Source: Octopus sinensis (lineage: Eukaryota). From it: a DNA stretch of 64,000 nucleotides. The notes beneath the pieces were generated by a model. It did not search any database, had not been told where the DNA came from, and saw nothing but the letters and a program-made list of their open reading frames with translations. Of the stretch, positions 1 through 10,644 are shown piece by piece. A program made the position numbers and the translations under genes. Every line of letters begins with the position of its first letter. The stretch's first letter is position 1. Location of the stretch: assembly GCF_006345805.1 (NCBI RefSeq), contig NC_043017.1, forward strand, positions 5,394,001-5,458,000, given 5' to 3'.

Positions 1-361
1 ACGTAAAATTTATGGTTGAAATAACAATGCTCTCATTAACTTTCAATGTCACGTTTCTTTACGTAGTTTAGATGTGCGTTCTTGTCTTTTTTTTAACTCT
101 TTTCTGAAGGACTCGACGGAACCGTTTACGAGTGAAACAATGCTTAGAGGCAATTTCTCCGGCTTTAAATTCAAATGATGCCGAGCTCAGCTTTGCCTTT
201 CATCCATTTGGGGTCGGTAAAACAGGGTGCCAGTCGGGCAGGGTGGTCGAAATTTCAGACTTTGTGCCAAAGTTAGAGAGAGAGAGAAGGAGGAGGAGGA
301 AAGCCAGAGAGTATGTGTGTGTATGTGTGTGAACATATGGATATATGTGTACATTTATATA

Positions 362-772
362 TATTTCTTTACTACCCACAAGGGGCTAAACATAAAGCGG
401 ACAAACAAGGACAGACAAAGGGATTAAGTCGATTACATCGACCCCAGTTCGTAACTGGTACTTTATTTATCGACCCCGAAAGGATGAGAGGCAAAGTCGA
501 CCTCGAAATTTCAACTCGGAACGTAACAGCAGACGAAATACCTGTTTCTTTATTACCCACAAGGGGTTAAACACAGAGGGGACAAACAAGGACAGACAAA
601 GGGATTAAGTCGATTACATCGACCTCAGTGCGTGACTGGTACTTAATTTATCGACTCCGAAAGGATGAAAGGTAAAGTCGACTTCAGCGGAATTTGAACT
701 AAGAACGTAACGGCAGTCGAAATACGGCTACGCATTTCGCCCGGCGTGCTAACGTTTCTGCCAGCTTGCCGC
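362..772 (-). mobile_element. tRNA-derived SINE family A, head-to-tail dimer (second unit lacks A-box head)
   Basis: Minus strand reads GCGGCAAGCTGGCAGAAAC (A-box region), GAGTTCAAATTCC-type B-box, shared body and tail; a second body starts at GGTATTTCGTCTGC directly after the first tail. Confidence 0.9.
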
Positions 773-804
773 ATTTATATACACACACAGACACACACAC
801 ACTC

Positions 805-977
805 AATATTTAGCAGAAGTGACAGAGTGAGTCAAGGTCCAAGAGTTTCGTGCGTTGACACTTATGAGATTTGCCACAGGTCGAAGATCTGTGAGTTTCT
901 CGACCTGAGACAAGTTTGATAAGTGCCAACGCACGAAGGTTTCCGAATTTGAGTCAGTCTTACTTCTGCTAAATATT
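805..977. mobile_element. Palindromic (fold-back) MITE-like element
   Basis: About 80-bp imperfect inverted arms, AATATTTAGCAGAAGT...TTCGTGCGTTGACACTTAT versus ATAAGTGCCAACGCACGAA...ACTTCTGCTAAATATT, with a short spacer. Confidence 0.7.
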
Positions 978-990
978 AATATATATATAT

Positions 991-1195
991 AAAGTTAATC
1001 CAAACAAGAAAACAAAAAAACACAACAACGTGAGGACGTGGAACAAATATAGTATTATTGGACGCTCAGGAAAGAAGGGAAGAAGGATTTAACGTTTCGA
1101 GCGGAGCTCTTCGTCGGAAACATAGAAGGAAAGATCGATCCAGAGAAGGGAAGACAGAGAAAAAAATCGCCAACGGTACACACGAGGTCACACAC
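991..1195 (-). mobile_element. Penelope-like element terminal repeat with minimal hammerhead motif
   Basis: Minus strand ATGTTT-CCGACGA-A-GAGC-TCC-GCTC-GAAA-CGTT-AAAT at 1087-1123; homologous copies at 38268-38462 (+) and about 22865-22985 (-). Confidence 0.65.
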
Positions 1196-1217
1196 ACACA
1201 TATATATATATATATAT

Positions 1218-1380
1218 GGCTCAGGCAGGGGTGAGTGATAAGTAGCTTGCTTCCCAACCACATGGATCCGAGTTCAGTCCCACTGTGTGACACCTTGGGC
1301 AAGTGCCTTCTATTATAGTCTTGAGTTGAACAAAGCCTTGTGAGTGGATTTGGTAGACGGAAACTGAAAGAAGCCCGTCA
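1218..1380 (+). mobile_element. SINE family B (CORE-like), 5' half
   Basis: B-box GAGTTCAGTCCC, CORE-like ACCTTGGGCAAGTG, ends at GAAAGAAGCCCGTC followed by (TA)n. Confidence 0.85.
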
Positions 1381-1384
1381 TTTT

Positions 1385-1414
<30 letters not shown>

Positions 1415-1422
<8 letters not shown>

Positions 1423-1626
1423 TTAAAATGAGGGTGAAAAATTGTATATTAATTTAATGTCAATATAAAACCAGTGGTCTAGCATATATAATCTGATGGT
1501 TCAGAAAATTGTATTATATACATATGAGAAGGATGACCACTATGTAGACAACCCTTATGCTAGAAGTAGATCCGCTATGGTCTTACCACTAAGAAATGTC
1601 CTCTTGAGAACATTTCTTAGTGGTAA

Positions 1627-1632
<6 letters not shown>
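1415..1632. repeat. Interspersed repeat ending in a perfect 19-bp hairpin (1581-1628)
   Basis: TCTTACCACTAAGAAATGT / ACATTTCTTAGTGGTAAGA; its first ~45 bp recur at about 28910-28955. Confidence 0.55.
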
Positions 1633-1668
<36 letters not shown>

Positions 1669-1689
1669 TATGAGGAAGTAATTAGACTT

Positions 1690-1950
1690 TCCGTTGTTGT
1701 CATACATTGCTTATCACAATGCACTTCGCATCGTTTTAGGTTTCGAATTATGCCACTCCGCTGGATAGGGGAGGAGGCCAACATTCTCCGGCGATCGGGG
1801 GGTCCTATTTACAGCTGAGTAGACTGGAGAGCTGTGTGAACTGAAGTGCTTTGCTCAAAAACACAACCCTCAGCTGGTCCGGGAATCGAAACCTCGACCT
1901 CATGATCGTGGATGCAACATGCCTAACCGCCAGATGGGTAGTGCTTCACT
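1690..1950 (-). mobile_element. tRNA-derived SINE family C/E (degenerate)
   Basis: Minus strand tRNA-like head with TTCGATTCCC B-box, then TGTGTTTTTGAGCAAAGCACTT core and TCCAGTCTACTCAGCTGTAAATA. Confidence 0.7.
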
Positions 1951-2257
1951 ACATTTGTTTCAAACCTGTTTTTTTTTCTACTCTAGGCAAAAGGCACGAA
2001 AATTTTGAGGGAGGGGGCCAGTCAGTTAGATCGACTTCCGTACGCAACTGGTACTTAATTTATCGAACCCGAAAAGATGAAAGGCAAAGTCGGCCTCGGA
2101 AAACGTGTTTATTGATGAAAAAAAGTGTTACATCATGCAAGGAAAAAACTGTTTTCATCAGGTGAATTCAGATGTGAACAATAACAATTAGTTGATTGGT
2201 GGAAAAAAATCACCTTTGCATGGCAAATATGTGGCCCGTGGCAAATAAGCTGACGGA

Positions 2258-2918
2258 GTTCAAGACTAAAGGTAGAGCGTGAAGGCTTTATCTTGGCTGC
2301 TCAAGATCAGAGCTTATTGATCCGGAACTATCAAGCCATGTGATGAAAACTGGAGTAGCCCCAAATTGCCGATACTGCAACGATGGGATTGAAAACAGTG
2401 GACCACCTAATCCCTGGGTGTAGGGTTTTAGCACCTGTAGAGTACCAATCATGACATAACAGAGTTGGCCAATACTGGATAATATATCTACATTATGAAA
2501 TCAAAACTGCTGACAAATGGTACAAGTACCACCCTGAAGCTGCAACTGAGGGAGAAAATGTAACGATTCTTGGGGACTTTCCAGTACATACAGACCGGAC
2601 CATCAAAGCAAATAAACCAGATATTGTTGTGAAAGACCAAAGCAATAAAGTCTGTTTATTGATTGACATGAGCACTCCCTGTGACCATAATATCTCGGCA
2701 AAAGAATTTGATAAGCTGAGAAAAGATAAAGATTTGCTAATCGACATCGAAAAGACGTGACATCACAAGACGGTTACAATACCAGTGATTGTAGGAGCAC
2801 TTGGAATGATCAAAAATGGAACTGGAAATTATTTAAGAATGATCCCTGGCTTACCATCCTTACAGGAAGTGCAAAAGATTGTCTTAACTGGTAACTGGTC
2901 ACACGTATTGAGAAGAAC
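2258..2918 (+). pseudogene. R4/Dong-like non-LTR retrotransposon 3' fragment (CCHC zinc knuckle plus restriction-like endonuclease), decayed
   Basis: Translates across frameshifts to EGFILAAQDQSLL..CRYC..TVDHLI.GC...KPDIVVKD...LLIDM...VIVGALG...QEVQKIVL; contains stops and frameshifts. Confidence 0.85.
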
Positions 2919-3271
2919 ATTGTTGCTGTGAATTTTCTTTCCATTTTCCCCCTTTATCTGTTTATTAAATTTTTTTCGCTCTGTCTTTTCCCCACTTTTT
3001 CTCTATCACATGACTTCGTAAAAGAACAATCTGATGTGTTTATTTTAATGGCCTACCAATGTATAGACCCTAGGAAGACACTCAGCAAGAAAAGGAAACA
3101 AAAGATGATAATAAAATGATTTCTTTAACCACAGGGGTTTACATTAAGAAAAACATAATGGACAGTACAGGACAAAACAAAAAACGTGTGCGTGTTGTGA
3201 GGGTTTTGCGTGTAAACACATGATTTTTTTCAAAATTTTGTTAAAAATAAATTCTGTTTAGATAATAATTA

Positions 3272-3658
3272 TTATTTCTACTCAAGGCACAAGGCCTTGA
3301 AATTCTTTGGGGAAAGAGACTAGTCGATTACATCGACACCAGTGCGTAACTGGGTAATTTTATCGACCCCGAAAAAAAAAATGAAAGGTAAACTCGACCT
3401 CGGCGGAATTTGAACTCAGAACATAGCGGCAGACGAAATACATATTTCTTTACTACCCACACGGGCTAATGACAGAGAGGACAAACAAGGACAGACTAAC
3501 GGATTAAGTCGATTATATCGACCCCAGTGCGTAACTGGTACTTAATTTATCGACCCCGAAAGGATGAAAAGCAAAGTCGACCTCTGCGGAATTTGAACTC
3601 AGACGAAATACGGCTTACGCATTTCGCCCGGCGTGCTAACGATTCTGCCAGCTCGCCC
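3272..3658 (-). mobile_element. SINE family A dimer (A1-tail unit followed by A2-tail unit)
   Basis: Head at about 3615-3658, junction GCAGACGAAATAC|ATATTTCTTTAC near 3440; distal unit ends in the GGCCTTGTGCC-type tail. Confidence 0.85.
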
Positions 3659-3777
3659 CCCTTAAAACAGTAATAATAATAATAATGGTTTCGAAATAAC
3701 TAAAGATTCAAGTTAAACAGAGTTTCTAGAAGATTAATAAAATTCATAGATTCCTTCATCAATCTAGGTCCTCCGTC

Positions 3778-4090
3778 GGCGACGACGCTGAAGGTTCGTT
3801 GATTCGATCAACGAAACAACCTGCTCGTAAAATTAACGTACAAGTGGCTGAGCACTCCACAGACACGTGTACCCTTAATGTGGTTCTCATGGAGATTCAG
3901 CGTGACACAGAGTGGGACAAGGCTGGCCCCCTTTGAATTACAGATACGATTCGTTTTTGCCAGATGAGTAGACTGGAGGAACGTGAAATAAAGTGTCTTG
4001 CTCAAGGACACAACACTCCACCGGGAATTGAACTCACGACCTTACGATTGTGAGTCGAATGCCCCAATCACTGAGCCATGTACCTTCACA
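3778..4090 (-). mobile_element. tRNA-derived SINE family E, near full length
   Basis: Minus strand TGGCTCAGTG A-box, GAGTTCAATTCCC B-box, TGTCCTTGAGCAAGACACTT core; homologues at 43310-43520 and 43740-44055. Confidence 0.85.
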
Positions 4091-4547
4091 TTAGTTGTGC
4101 TTCTGCAACATCTTGTAAGAAACGTGTCAATTGGAGGTTTCCTCAGCGCAGCGTAGCAAACGAGTTTTTGCTTGTATGTACTACAAAATATATACGGTGG
4201 CTAATAATATGTGATTAAACAGATAAGAGATCTTATTACGATGATATTAATGACATGTTTATAATAAGAACGTATTAAAGATATTACACTACGAATAATG
4301 TCATATTTAAATAAGAGACTTCAAAGATAGGAAAAAAAGTTATTGCGTTTGGTGCGAATAAAATATCAAAGAATTATTTTATATTGAAACACCGGATGTA
4401 AAAAGTAAGATAACGTATTGTGATGCCATTAAAGATGTCAAATATCAAATACAATTTTTAAATTATGATTTAGAAATATGATTCAAGAATTTAATTTAAA
4501 GATACAATGTTTAAAATATAATTAAATATTGGCTGTGTAAATTCGGA

Positions 4548-5055
4548 AGCGCCATCTCAGATTGCTTGGTCATCTTGTTCGATTTCGTGAGTCAGACCCT
4601 GCTTATCGTGTTCTCGTAACTGTGGACCCCACTGGGTTGGCGGCTTGTGTTTGGTCGACCACCACAGGCCACATGGCTACGGAGGATGAAAGGGTATCTC
4701 ACGGAGATGGGGATTAGCAGGGACTCTGCCCGACGGGTCACCCAGGAGGATCCGGGAATATTACCTATTTCTTTACTACCCACAAGGGGCTAAACACAGA
4801 GAGGACAAACAAGGACAGACATAGGTATTAAGTCGATTACATCGACCCCAGTGCGTAACTGGTACTTATTTAATCGACCTCGAAAGGATGAAAGGCAAAG
4901 TCAACCTCGGCGGAATTTGAACTCAGAACGTAACGGCAGACGAAATACCGCTAAGCATTTCGCCCGGCGTGCTAACGATTCTGCCAGCTCGCCAGGAATA
5001 TACCGACAAAAAGGTAAATGCAGCAACGCGCTGCAATGGTGCATGACCCCCAAAC
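4548..5055 (+). pseudogene. RTE-clade LINE 3' end, split by a SINE insertion
   Basis: GHLVRFRESDPAYRVL...GRP..ATWLRRMKGYLTEMG...TQEDP resumes after the SINE as AATRCNGA*, typical of an RTE ORF C-terminus. Confidence 0.7.
4766..4994 (-). mobile_element. SINE family A, full length with target-site duplication
   Basis: Complete head, body and tail; flanked by GGAATATTACC (4755-4765) and GGAATATACC (4995-5004). Confidence 0.9.
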
Positions 5056-5057
5056 CT

Positions 5058-5278
5058 GAGTGCGTGGCTTAGTGGTTAGGGTGTTGGACTCATTATCGTG
5101 AGATTATGGCTTCGATTCCTGGATCGGGCACTGCATTGTGTTCTTGAGCAAAACACTTCATTTCACATTGCTCCAGTCCACTCAGCTGGCAAAAAGGGGT
5201 AACTCTGCGATGGACCAGCGTCCCGTTCAGGTGGGGAAACCGACCCTTATGAGTCAGTATGGCCCGAGAAGGTAACTT
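5058..5278 (+). mobile_element. tRNA-derived SINE family C
   Basis: TGGCTTAGTGG A-box, TTCGATTCC B-box, TGTGTTCTTGAGCAAAACACTT core, CTGCGATGGACCAGCGTCCCGTTCAGG block. Confidence 0.8.
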
Positions 5279-5377
5279 TTTCTTTTGTCACTCCTGAGCT
5301 GTATTGATATTGATATTACACTGAATATGGTGTGTAAATGTTGGGAGTATCGAGATAGATGTAAAAATTACTACACT

Positions 5378-5523
5378 ATTTACATTATTTACATTTGATG
5401 GATATTTGTCCTCATCTTGTTTGTTGTTAGCACAACGCTTCGGTTGATATACCCTCCAGCCTTCATCAGGTGTCTTGGGGAAATTTCGAACCTGGGTTCT
5501 CAGTCCTAAGGTATTTTTCGATA

Positions 5524-5554
<31 letters not shown>

Positions 5555-5689
5555 CATCATCCAGGTCATTGGCTGGAATCGAACTCGGGATCTTGGGGTT
5601 AGTAGACCCGCGCTCTTAACCACTACGCCATATGTCCGTCAAATGTAAATAATGTACATAATTCCTCATCTCTTAAATATAGAACTGTA
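5378..5689 (-). mobile_element. Composite element: tRNA-like Pol III head, (TAA)n, hammerhead-motif tail, with inverted 25-bp ends
   Basis: A-box 5620-5630, B-box 5575-5586, (TAA)n about 5525-5553, hammerhead motif 5429-5475 (CTGATGA..GGCTG/CAACC..GAAG), inverted repeats 5378-5402 and 5635-5659. Confidence 0.7.
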
Positions 5690-6569
5690 AAAATTACTAG
5701 TTTAGACGAAGTACCGGAATAACGAATGCAACTTCAGTCTGAAATAGATCAACAGTGTGCAAGTTCTTGCGGTGGTCTTAGTGGTTGAGAGATGCATGCC
5801 ACAGGCCAGGGATATCAAACCATTCGAAGATTCCGAGTTCAAACTATACTGAAGGTGGCATTTCGAAAACCGTGGGACACTTAGAAGTAATATGTATCAA
5901 AGACGGAGGCAGTGGTAATACCGAGAATCAAAACTATATTGCGTTAGATACCACGAGAGAAACTCTTATATTGACATTTGGTGCCAATACACCCTTGTAT
6001 ATATCGCTAGCGGGAAGATAAACCCCCTTCATCTCCGGCGCCGAGATCACCAAATCACATGATTTCGACTTTCTTTGATCTCCTCAAGGATGAACGCTCG
6101 ACCACTAGAGATAGCGACTAATATCCGCGCCAGTCATATATTGATTAACTGTGCCTGAACAGGAGCTGGTGTCGCGATTTGCCCGTTAGCTTGTTAAAAG
6201 ATATATAATACATATTAGCGAGAGAGGCTGTATTAATACCGAGCGGTAATATTTATTCCCACTTAAAAGTGGATGTTCTGTTGAACAAAATTATGAATCA
6301 TGATCTAGTAGGGCCCAGCTCCCCTTAGTGTCCAGAACTCGCGGCTCGAAGCACTTGTTTGACGGAGTTCCTCCTCTGAAGATGTCTCCCGCTGTCCGCT
6401 TGCCTCGTAACGGGTTTCCACTTACTACAATCTCTCAAATACATGCTAATGATGCTTCATTTGGTATTACACGGTGTATTACATGTTTTTCAAAGCTCAT
6501 ATACAAAAGGATAAAAATGCGCCTAAAGCAGACGCATTCCGTTGTTTATAGCAGTGCTTGGTAGTAAAG

Positions 6570-7131
6570 TGTGTCGAGTGTGGTCCTCTCAAAAAGGTCG
6601 GGTTTCGGCTGCGCAGGATCACCTTGATTGTGAAAAGGATCACAACAGGATAAAAATCGTGGGTGTATAGCAATGATCCCGAAACCAAAGCTTGAAATGA
6701 ATCCCACTTGAAAAGAACCAGATTTCAAGACGTCAAAGGAAATCTAAGAGAATGTAACAAGGCGGCTGTTTGCTAAGCCAAAACAGGAGTTCCAGGAGTA
6801 CTTCCATCAATGGAAACGATGCTGTATGAAGGCTTTATCTTGGCTGCTCAAGATCAGAGCTTATTGATCCGGAACTATCAAGCCATATGATGAAAACTGG
6901 AGTAGACCCAAATTGCCGATACTGCAACGATGGGATTGAAAACAGTGGACCACCTAACCTCTGGGTGTAGGGTTTTAGCACCTGTAGAGGACCAATCATG
7001 ACATAACAGAGTTGGTCAATACTGGATAATATATCTACATTATGAAATCAAAGGAGATTAAATACTGAATCGATACGTCTTGTAGCTTTCTTTTAATAGC
7101 ACCAGACTCGATGCTTTTTGATCAGACCTCG
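6570..7131 (+). pseudogene. Mariner (DD34D) transposon relic, internally deleted, with 3' TIR
   Basis: KRITTG*KSWVYSNDPETK and RFQDVK..ENVTRRLFAKPKQEFQEYFHQWKR..EGD*; 3' TIR CTTTTTGATCAGACCTCG followed by TA (7132-7133). Confidence 0.8.
6827..7052 (+). repeat. 226-bp copy of 2280-2505 inserted in the mariner relic
   Basis: 6 mismatches by eye over 226 bp; shares the same stop codon and frameshifts as the donor. Confidence 0.9.
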
Positions 7132-7579
7132 TAGAGATAAATACCTGACCTTGTTGCTAAATGATAGGGTCTCGACGAAAGGGGCTTTGCACAGAAACTT
7201 CGAGGGACGTCTAGTTTATAGGTCGCTTAAACGGCTTCAGATTGACGTCTGCAGGAGTAATATTCTGTTTGGTATTTGTGAAGGAGTATGACCTGATGCT
7301 CAGAGTATAGCACTCACGAAACTCGCGCTCTCAAGATCGTGGCTTCGATTCCATGACTGCGCGGTGTTTTATGTTCTTCGACAAAATACTTAATTTCACA
7401 TTGTTTGACTCCACTCAGCGGTGAATAAGTGACCCTGCGAATGACTAGAGTCCTGTTCAAAGGGAATGTCGCGATCGCGGTCACTTATACGTTATGGAAA
7501 GCAGCAAAATTTATGAACCTAAACACTCCTTTCTTTTCTACTATAGGAACAATGGATGAAATTTTGTGTGAAGGGATCT

Positions 7580-7978
7580 TTTGATGACATCGAGCCCAGT
7601 TGCTCAACTGGATTTTATTGTATCGACCCCGAATTGAATCTGAAGCATAGTCGACCTCAGTGGAATTTGAACCGAGAATGTAAAAACGGACGAAATACCG
7701 TTAAGCACTTTTACTCGGCGTGCTAACGATTCTGCCATCCGTCTGGCCTTCAGGGACCTAAATATTTGCTCCAAATTTTGGCACGAGGCCAGCAATTTCG
7801 GAGGGAGGGTACTGTCGATTGCATCGACTCCAGTATTCGACCGGTTCTTACTTTATCAACCCCCGAAAGGCTGAAAGGCAAAGTCGACCCCGGAGATATT
7901 TGAACTCAGAACATAAAGACAGACGAAATACCGCAAAGCATTTGGCCCGATATGCTAACGATATGCCACGCCAACCAT
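7580..7978 (-). mobile_element. Two degenerate family A SINEs in tandem
   Basis: GTCGACC.CAGTGGAATTTGAAC and GCTAACGAT motifs each present twice. Confidence 0.75.
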
Positions 7979-8254
7979 CATATCTAAACATTTCTTGCTT
8001 CTCACAATTACATAAAACAACATAAATTAGAACGATAAATACATTAAACTAATAATTAAAGTTAATATTAGGTAATTTTATATTTTATTAATTAATACCC
8101 AGACCACTAATAACCACACCCTTGAAATTATTGTGCAGAACATCAATTTATAACCATCAATAAAAAACAAATATTCACACAAACATAACCACACGGCCGT
8201 CTTTTAACGATTCCGAAAATGTTTCGTTATATTTTCTCTTTTATCTAGCCACAA

Positions 8255-8412
8255 GCATGGTTGTGTGGTAAGAAGCTTGCTTCTCAAACATATTGTTGCG
8301 GGTTCAGTCCCACTGCGTGGAAGTTTGGGCAAGTGTATTGTACTATAGCCTCGGGCCGCATAAAGTCTTGGGAGTGGATTTGATAGACGGAAACTGAATG
8401 AAGCCCGTCGTA
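8255..8412 (+). mobile_element. SINE family B 5' half
   Basis: GGTTGTGTGGTAAG..GGTTCAGTCCC..TTTGGGCAAGTG..GAAGCCCGTCG then (AC)n. Confidence 0.8.
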
Positions 8413-8448
8413 CACACACACACACACACATTTATATAAGCCAGAGTT

Positions 8449-8500
<52 letters not shown>

Positions 8501-8864
8501 TATGTCCCTTAAGCATTCGAAAACTTAGTTGCTGATTTTGAGGTTTGGGGTGTCAAAAGATTCAGTAATCTTTCGGCTATCAGTAGCTGAATGGCGCAGC
8601 GTTGCCCGAGTTACTGCTGTTCTTATCCAGCTTAGTAAACAATAAATATAAAGATCTATTCTCATAATTATTTCAAAACATCTATATTTTATTAGAAAAT
8701 ATCCAAATTGTTATGATAATAGAATTTAGAACTGGAAATCTGTCAATGTTGAAGTACTTCAGTGAAAAACATTATTCATTGCGCAATTTTTGTTGGTGTC
8801 CAAATGAACAAATTGTTGCTGCTTCCGACTCGCGAGCAAGCAACATAGAGTTGGCCGTGAGAGA

Positions 8865-9020
8865 AGCATGTAGTGGAGATATCAAATGCAACTACCACAT
8901 GGTTCCGGGTTCAGTCCCACTGCATAGCACTTTGGACTGGTGTCTTCTACTATAGCCTCTGGCCAACCAAACCCTTGTGTGTGGATTTGGTAAACGGAAA
9001 TTGAATGAAGCCCGTTGCGA

Positions 9021-9103
<83 letters not shown>

Positions 9104-9105
9104 AG
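8865..9105 (+). mobile_element. SINE family B 5' half with (TA)n(TG)n tract
   Basis: CCACATGGTTCCGGGTTCAGTCCC head through GAAGCCCG, then a long (TA)n(TG)n. Confidence 0.8.
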
Positions 9106-9196
9106 TGAAAGCTTCCAATAGGATCCAAGCACTGCAACACCAATGGAAGAAGTGTGAGGTCCGCAGGAGGACATATGTTGAAAAATAAACGTCAGT

Positions 9197-9602
9197 TACT
9201 TTCTCTCTCTCTTCTACTTGTTTCAGTCATTTGACTGCGGTCATGCTGGAGTACCGCCTTTAGGTCGAGCAAATCGATCCCAGGACTTATTCTTTGTAAG
9301 CTTAGTATTTATTCTATCGGCCTCTTTTGCTGAACCGCTAAGTTACGGGAACGTAGACACACCAGCATCGGTTGTCAAGCGATGTTGTGGGGACAAACAC
9401 AGACACATTCACATACATATACATGTACATATATATGACGGGCTTCTTTTCAGTTTCCATCTACCAAATCCACTCGCAAGGTTTGGTCGGCCCGAGGCTA
9501 TAGTAGAAGACACTTGCCCAAGGTGTGCCACGCAGTGGGACTGAACCCGGAACCAATGTGGTTAGTAAGCAAGCTACTTACCACACAGTCACTCCTGTGC
9601 CT
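9197..9602 (-). mobile_element. SINE family B, full length
   Basis: Reverse complement of the 10091-10500 consensus: head, CORE-like block, internal microsatellite, 3' half ending GACTGAAACAAGTA. Confidence 0.9.
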
Positions 9603-10090
9603 AGTCACATTCCATGGGAGAATCTTGGCCAGGCTACGAACCCTTCTAGCCGACCTTCGTAGAAGAGCGGTGCTAAAAGCACAGACGTATATCGTAACTG
9701 ATGATTTAGCAAACATTTTAGCCAACATTTTGCGTTGATACTTGAGGAGTCTTCATTTGCTAATGTTGTTCAAATAATACAGACGCAATCTAATAAATTT
9801 AATGTATTTGTTCTATGTTACCTAATAATGTATCGGCAATTATCTGCCGGTAAAGTTAAGAAAACAATTACAGTGTTATGCAATAAAACCTGTTTGCTCA
9901 GTCCAATCTCTGCTATTTACTCAGTTTTTAAAAATATATACTCGACGGATATTTATGAGTTTCCGGATGAATTTTCATAGATACGTTTGGTTTACGTTGT
10001 GAAACAGCTCCTGGTAACCGACACGCGTGGACGAGTTTTACAAAGCAACGTACAAGGTCCATGCCTGAAATACGTAAAGAGTATGCAATA

Positions 10091-10500
10091 GGCGCAGGAG
10101 TGGCTGTGTGGTAAGTAGCTTGCTAACGAACCACATGGTTCCGGGTTCAGTCCCACTGCGTGGCATCTTGGGCAAGTGCCTTCTGCTATAGCCCCGGGCC
10201 GACCAATGCCTTGTGAGTGGATTTGGTAGACGGAAAATGAAAGAAGCCTGTCGTATATATGTATATGTATGTATGTGTGTGCATGTGTTTGTGTGTCTGT
10301 GTTTGTCTCCCTAGCATTGCCTGACAACCGATACTGGTGTGTTTACGTCCCCGTCACTTAGCGGTTCGGCAAAAGAGACCGATAGAATAAGTACTGGGCT
10401 TACAAAGAATAAGTCCCGGGGTTGATTTGCTCGACAAAAAGGCGGTGCTCCAGCATGGCCACAGTCAAATGACTGAAACAAGTAACAGAGTAAAAGAGTA
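10091..10500 (+). mobile_element. SINE family B, full length (CORE-SINE-like)
   Basis: GGCGCAGGAGTGGCTGTGTGG A-box, GGTTCAGTCCC B-box, CTTGGGCAAGTG CORE-like motif, internal (TA/TG)n, tail (TAAAAGAG)n. Confidence 0.9.
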
Positions 10501-10644
10501 ATGCTTGTGGAATGCTTAGCCATTTGCACATTAGTCTCCCAAGCAGGCTGTTTCGTGGTTCGCGGATCAACTGGAACCCCCTCCCCCCATTGTCATAACT
10601 GACGGAGTGCCAGTTTTGTAATATCTGCAAGAGTGCGTGGCGGT

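Noticed and set aside
5562-5634. Possible genuine tRNA genes here and in other SINE heads
   Set aside because: A and B boxes are present but the acceptor stem and cloverleaf are incomplete, and each continues into SINE body sequence.
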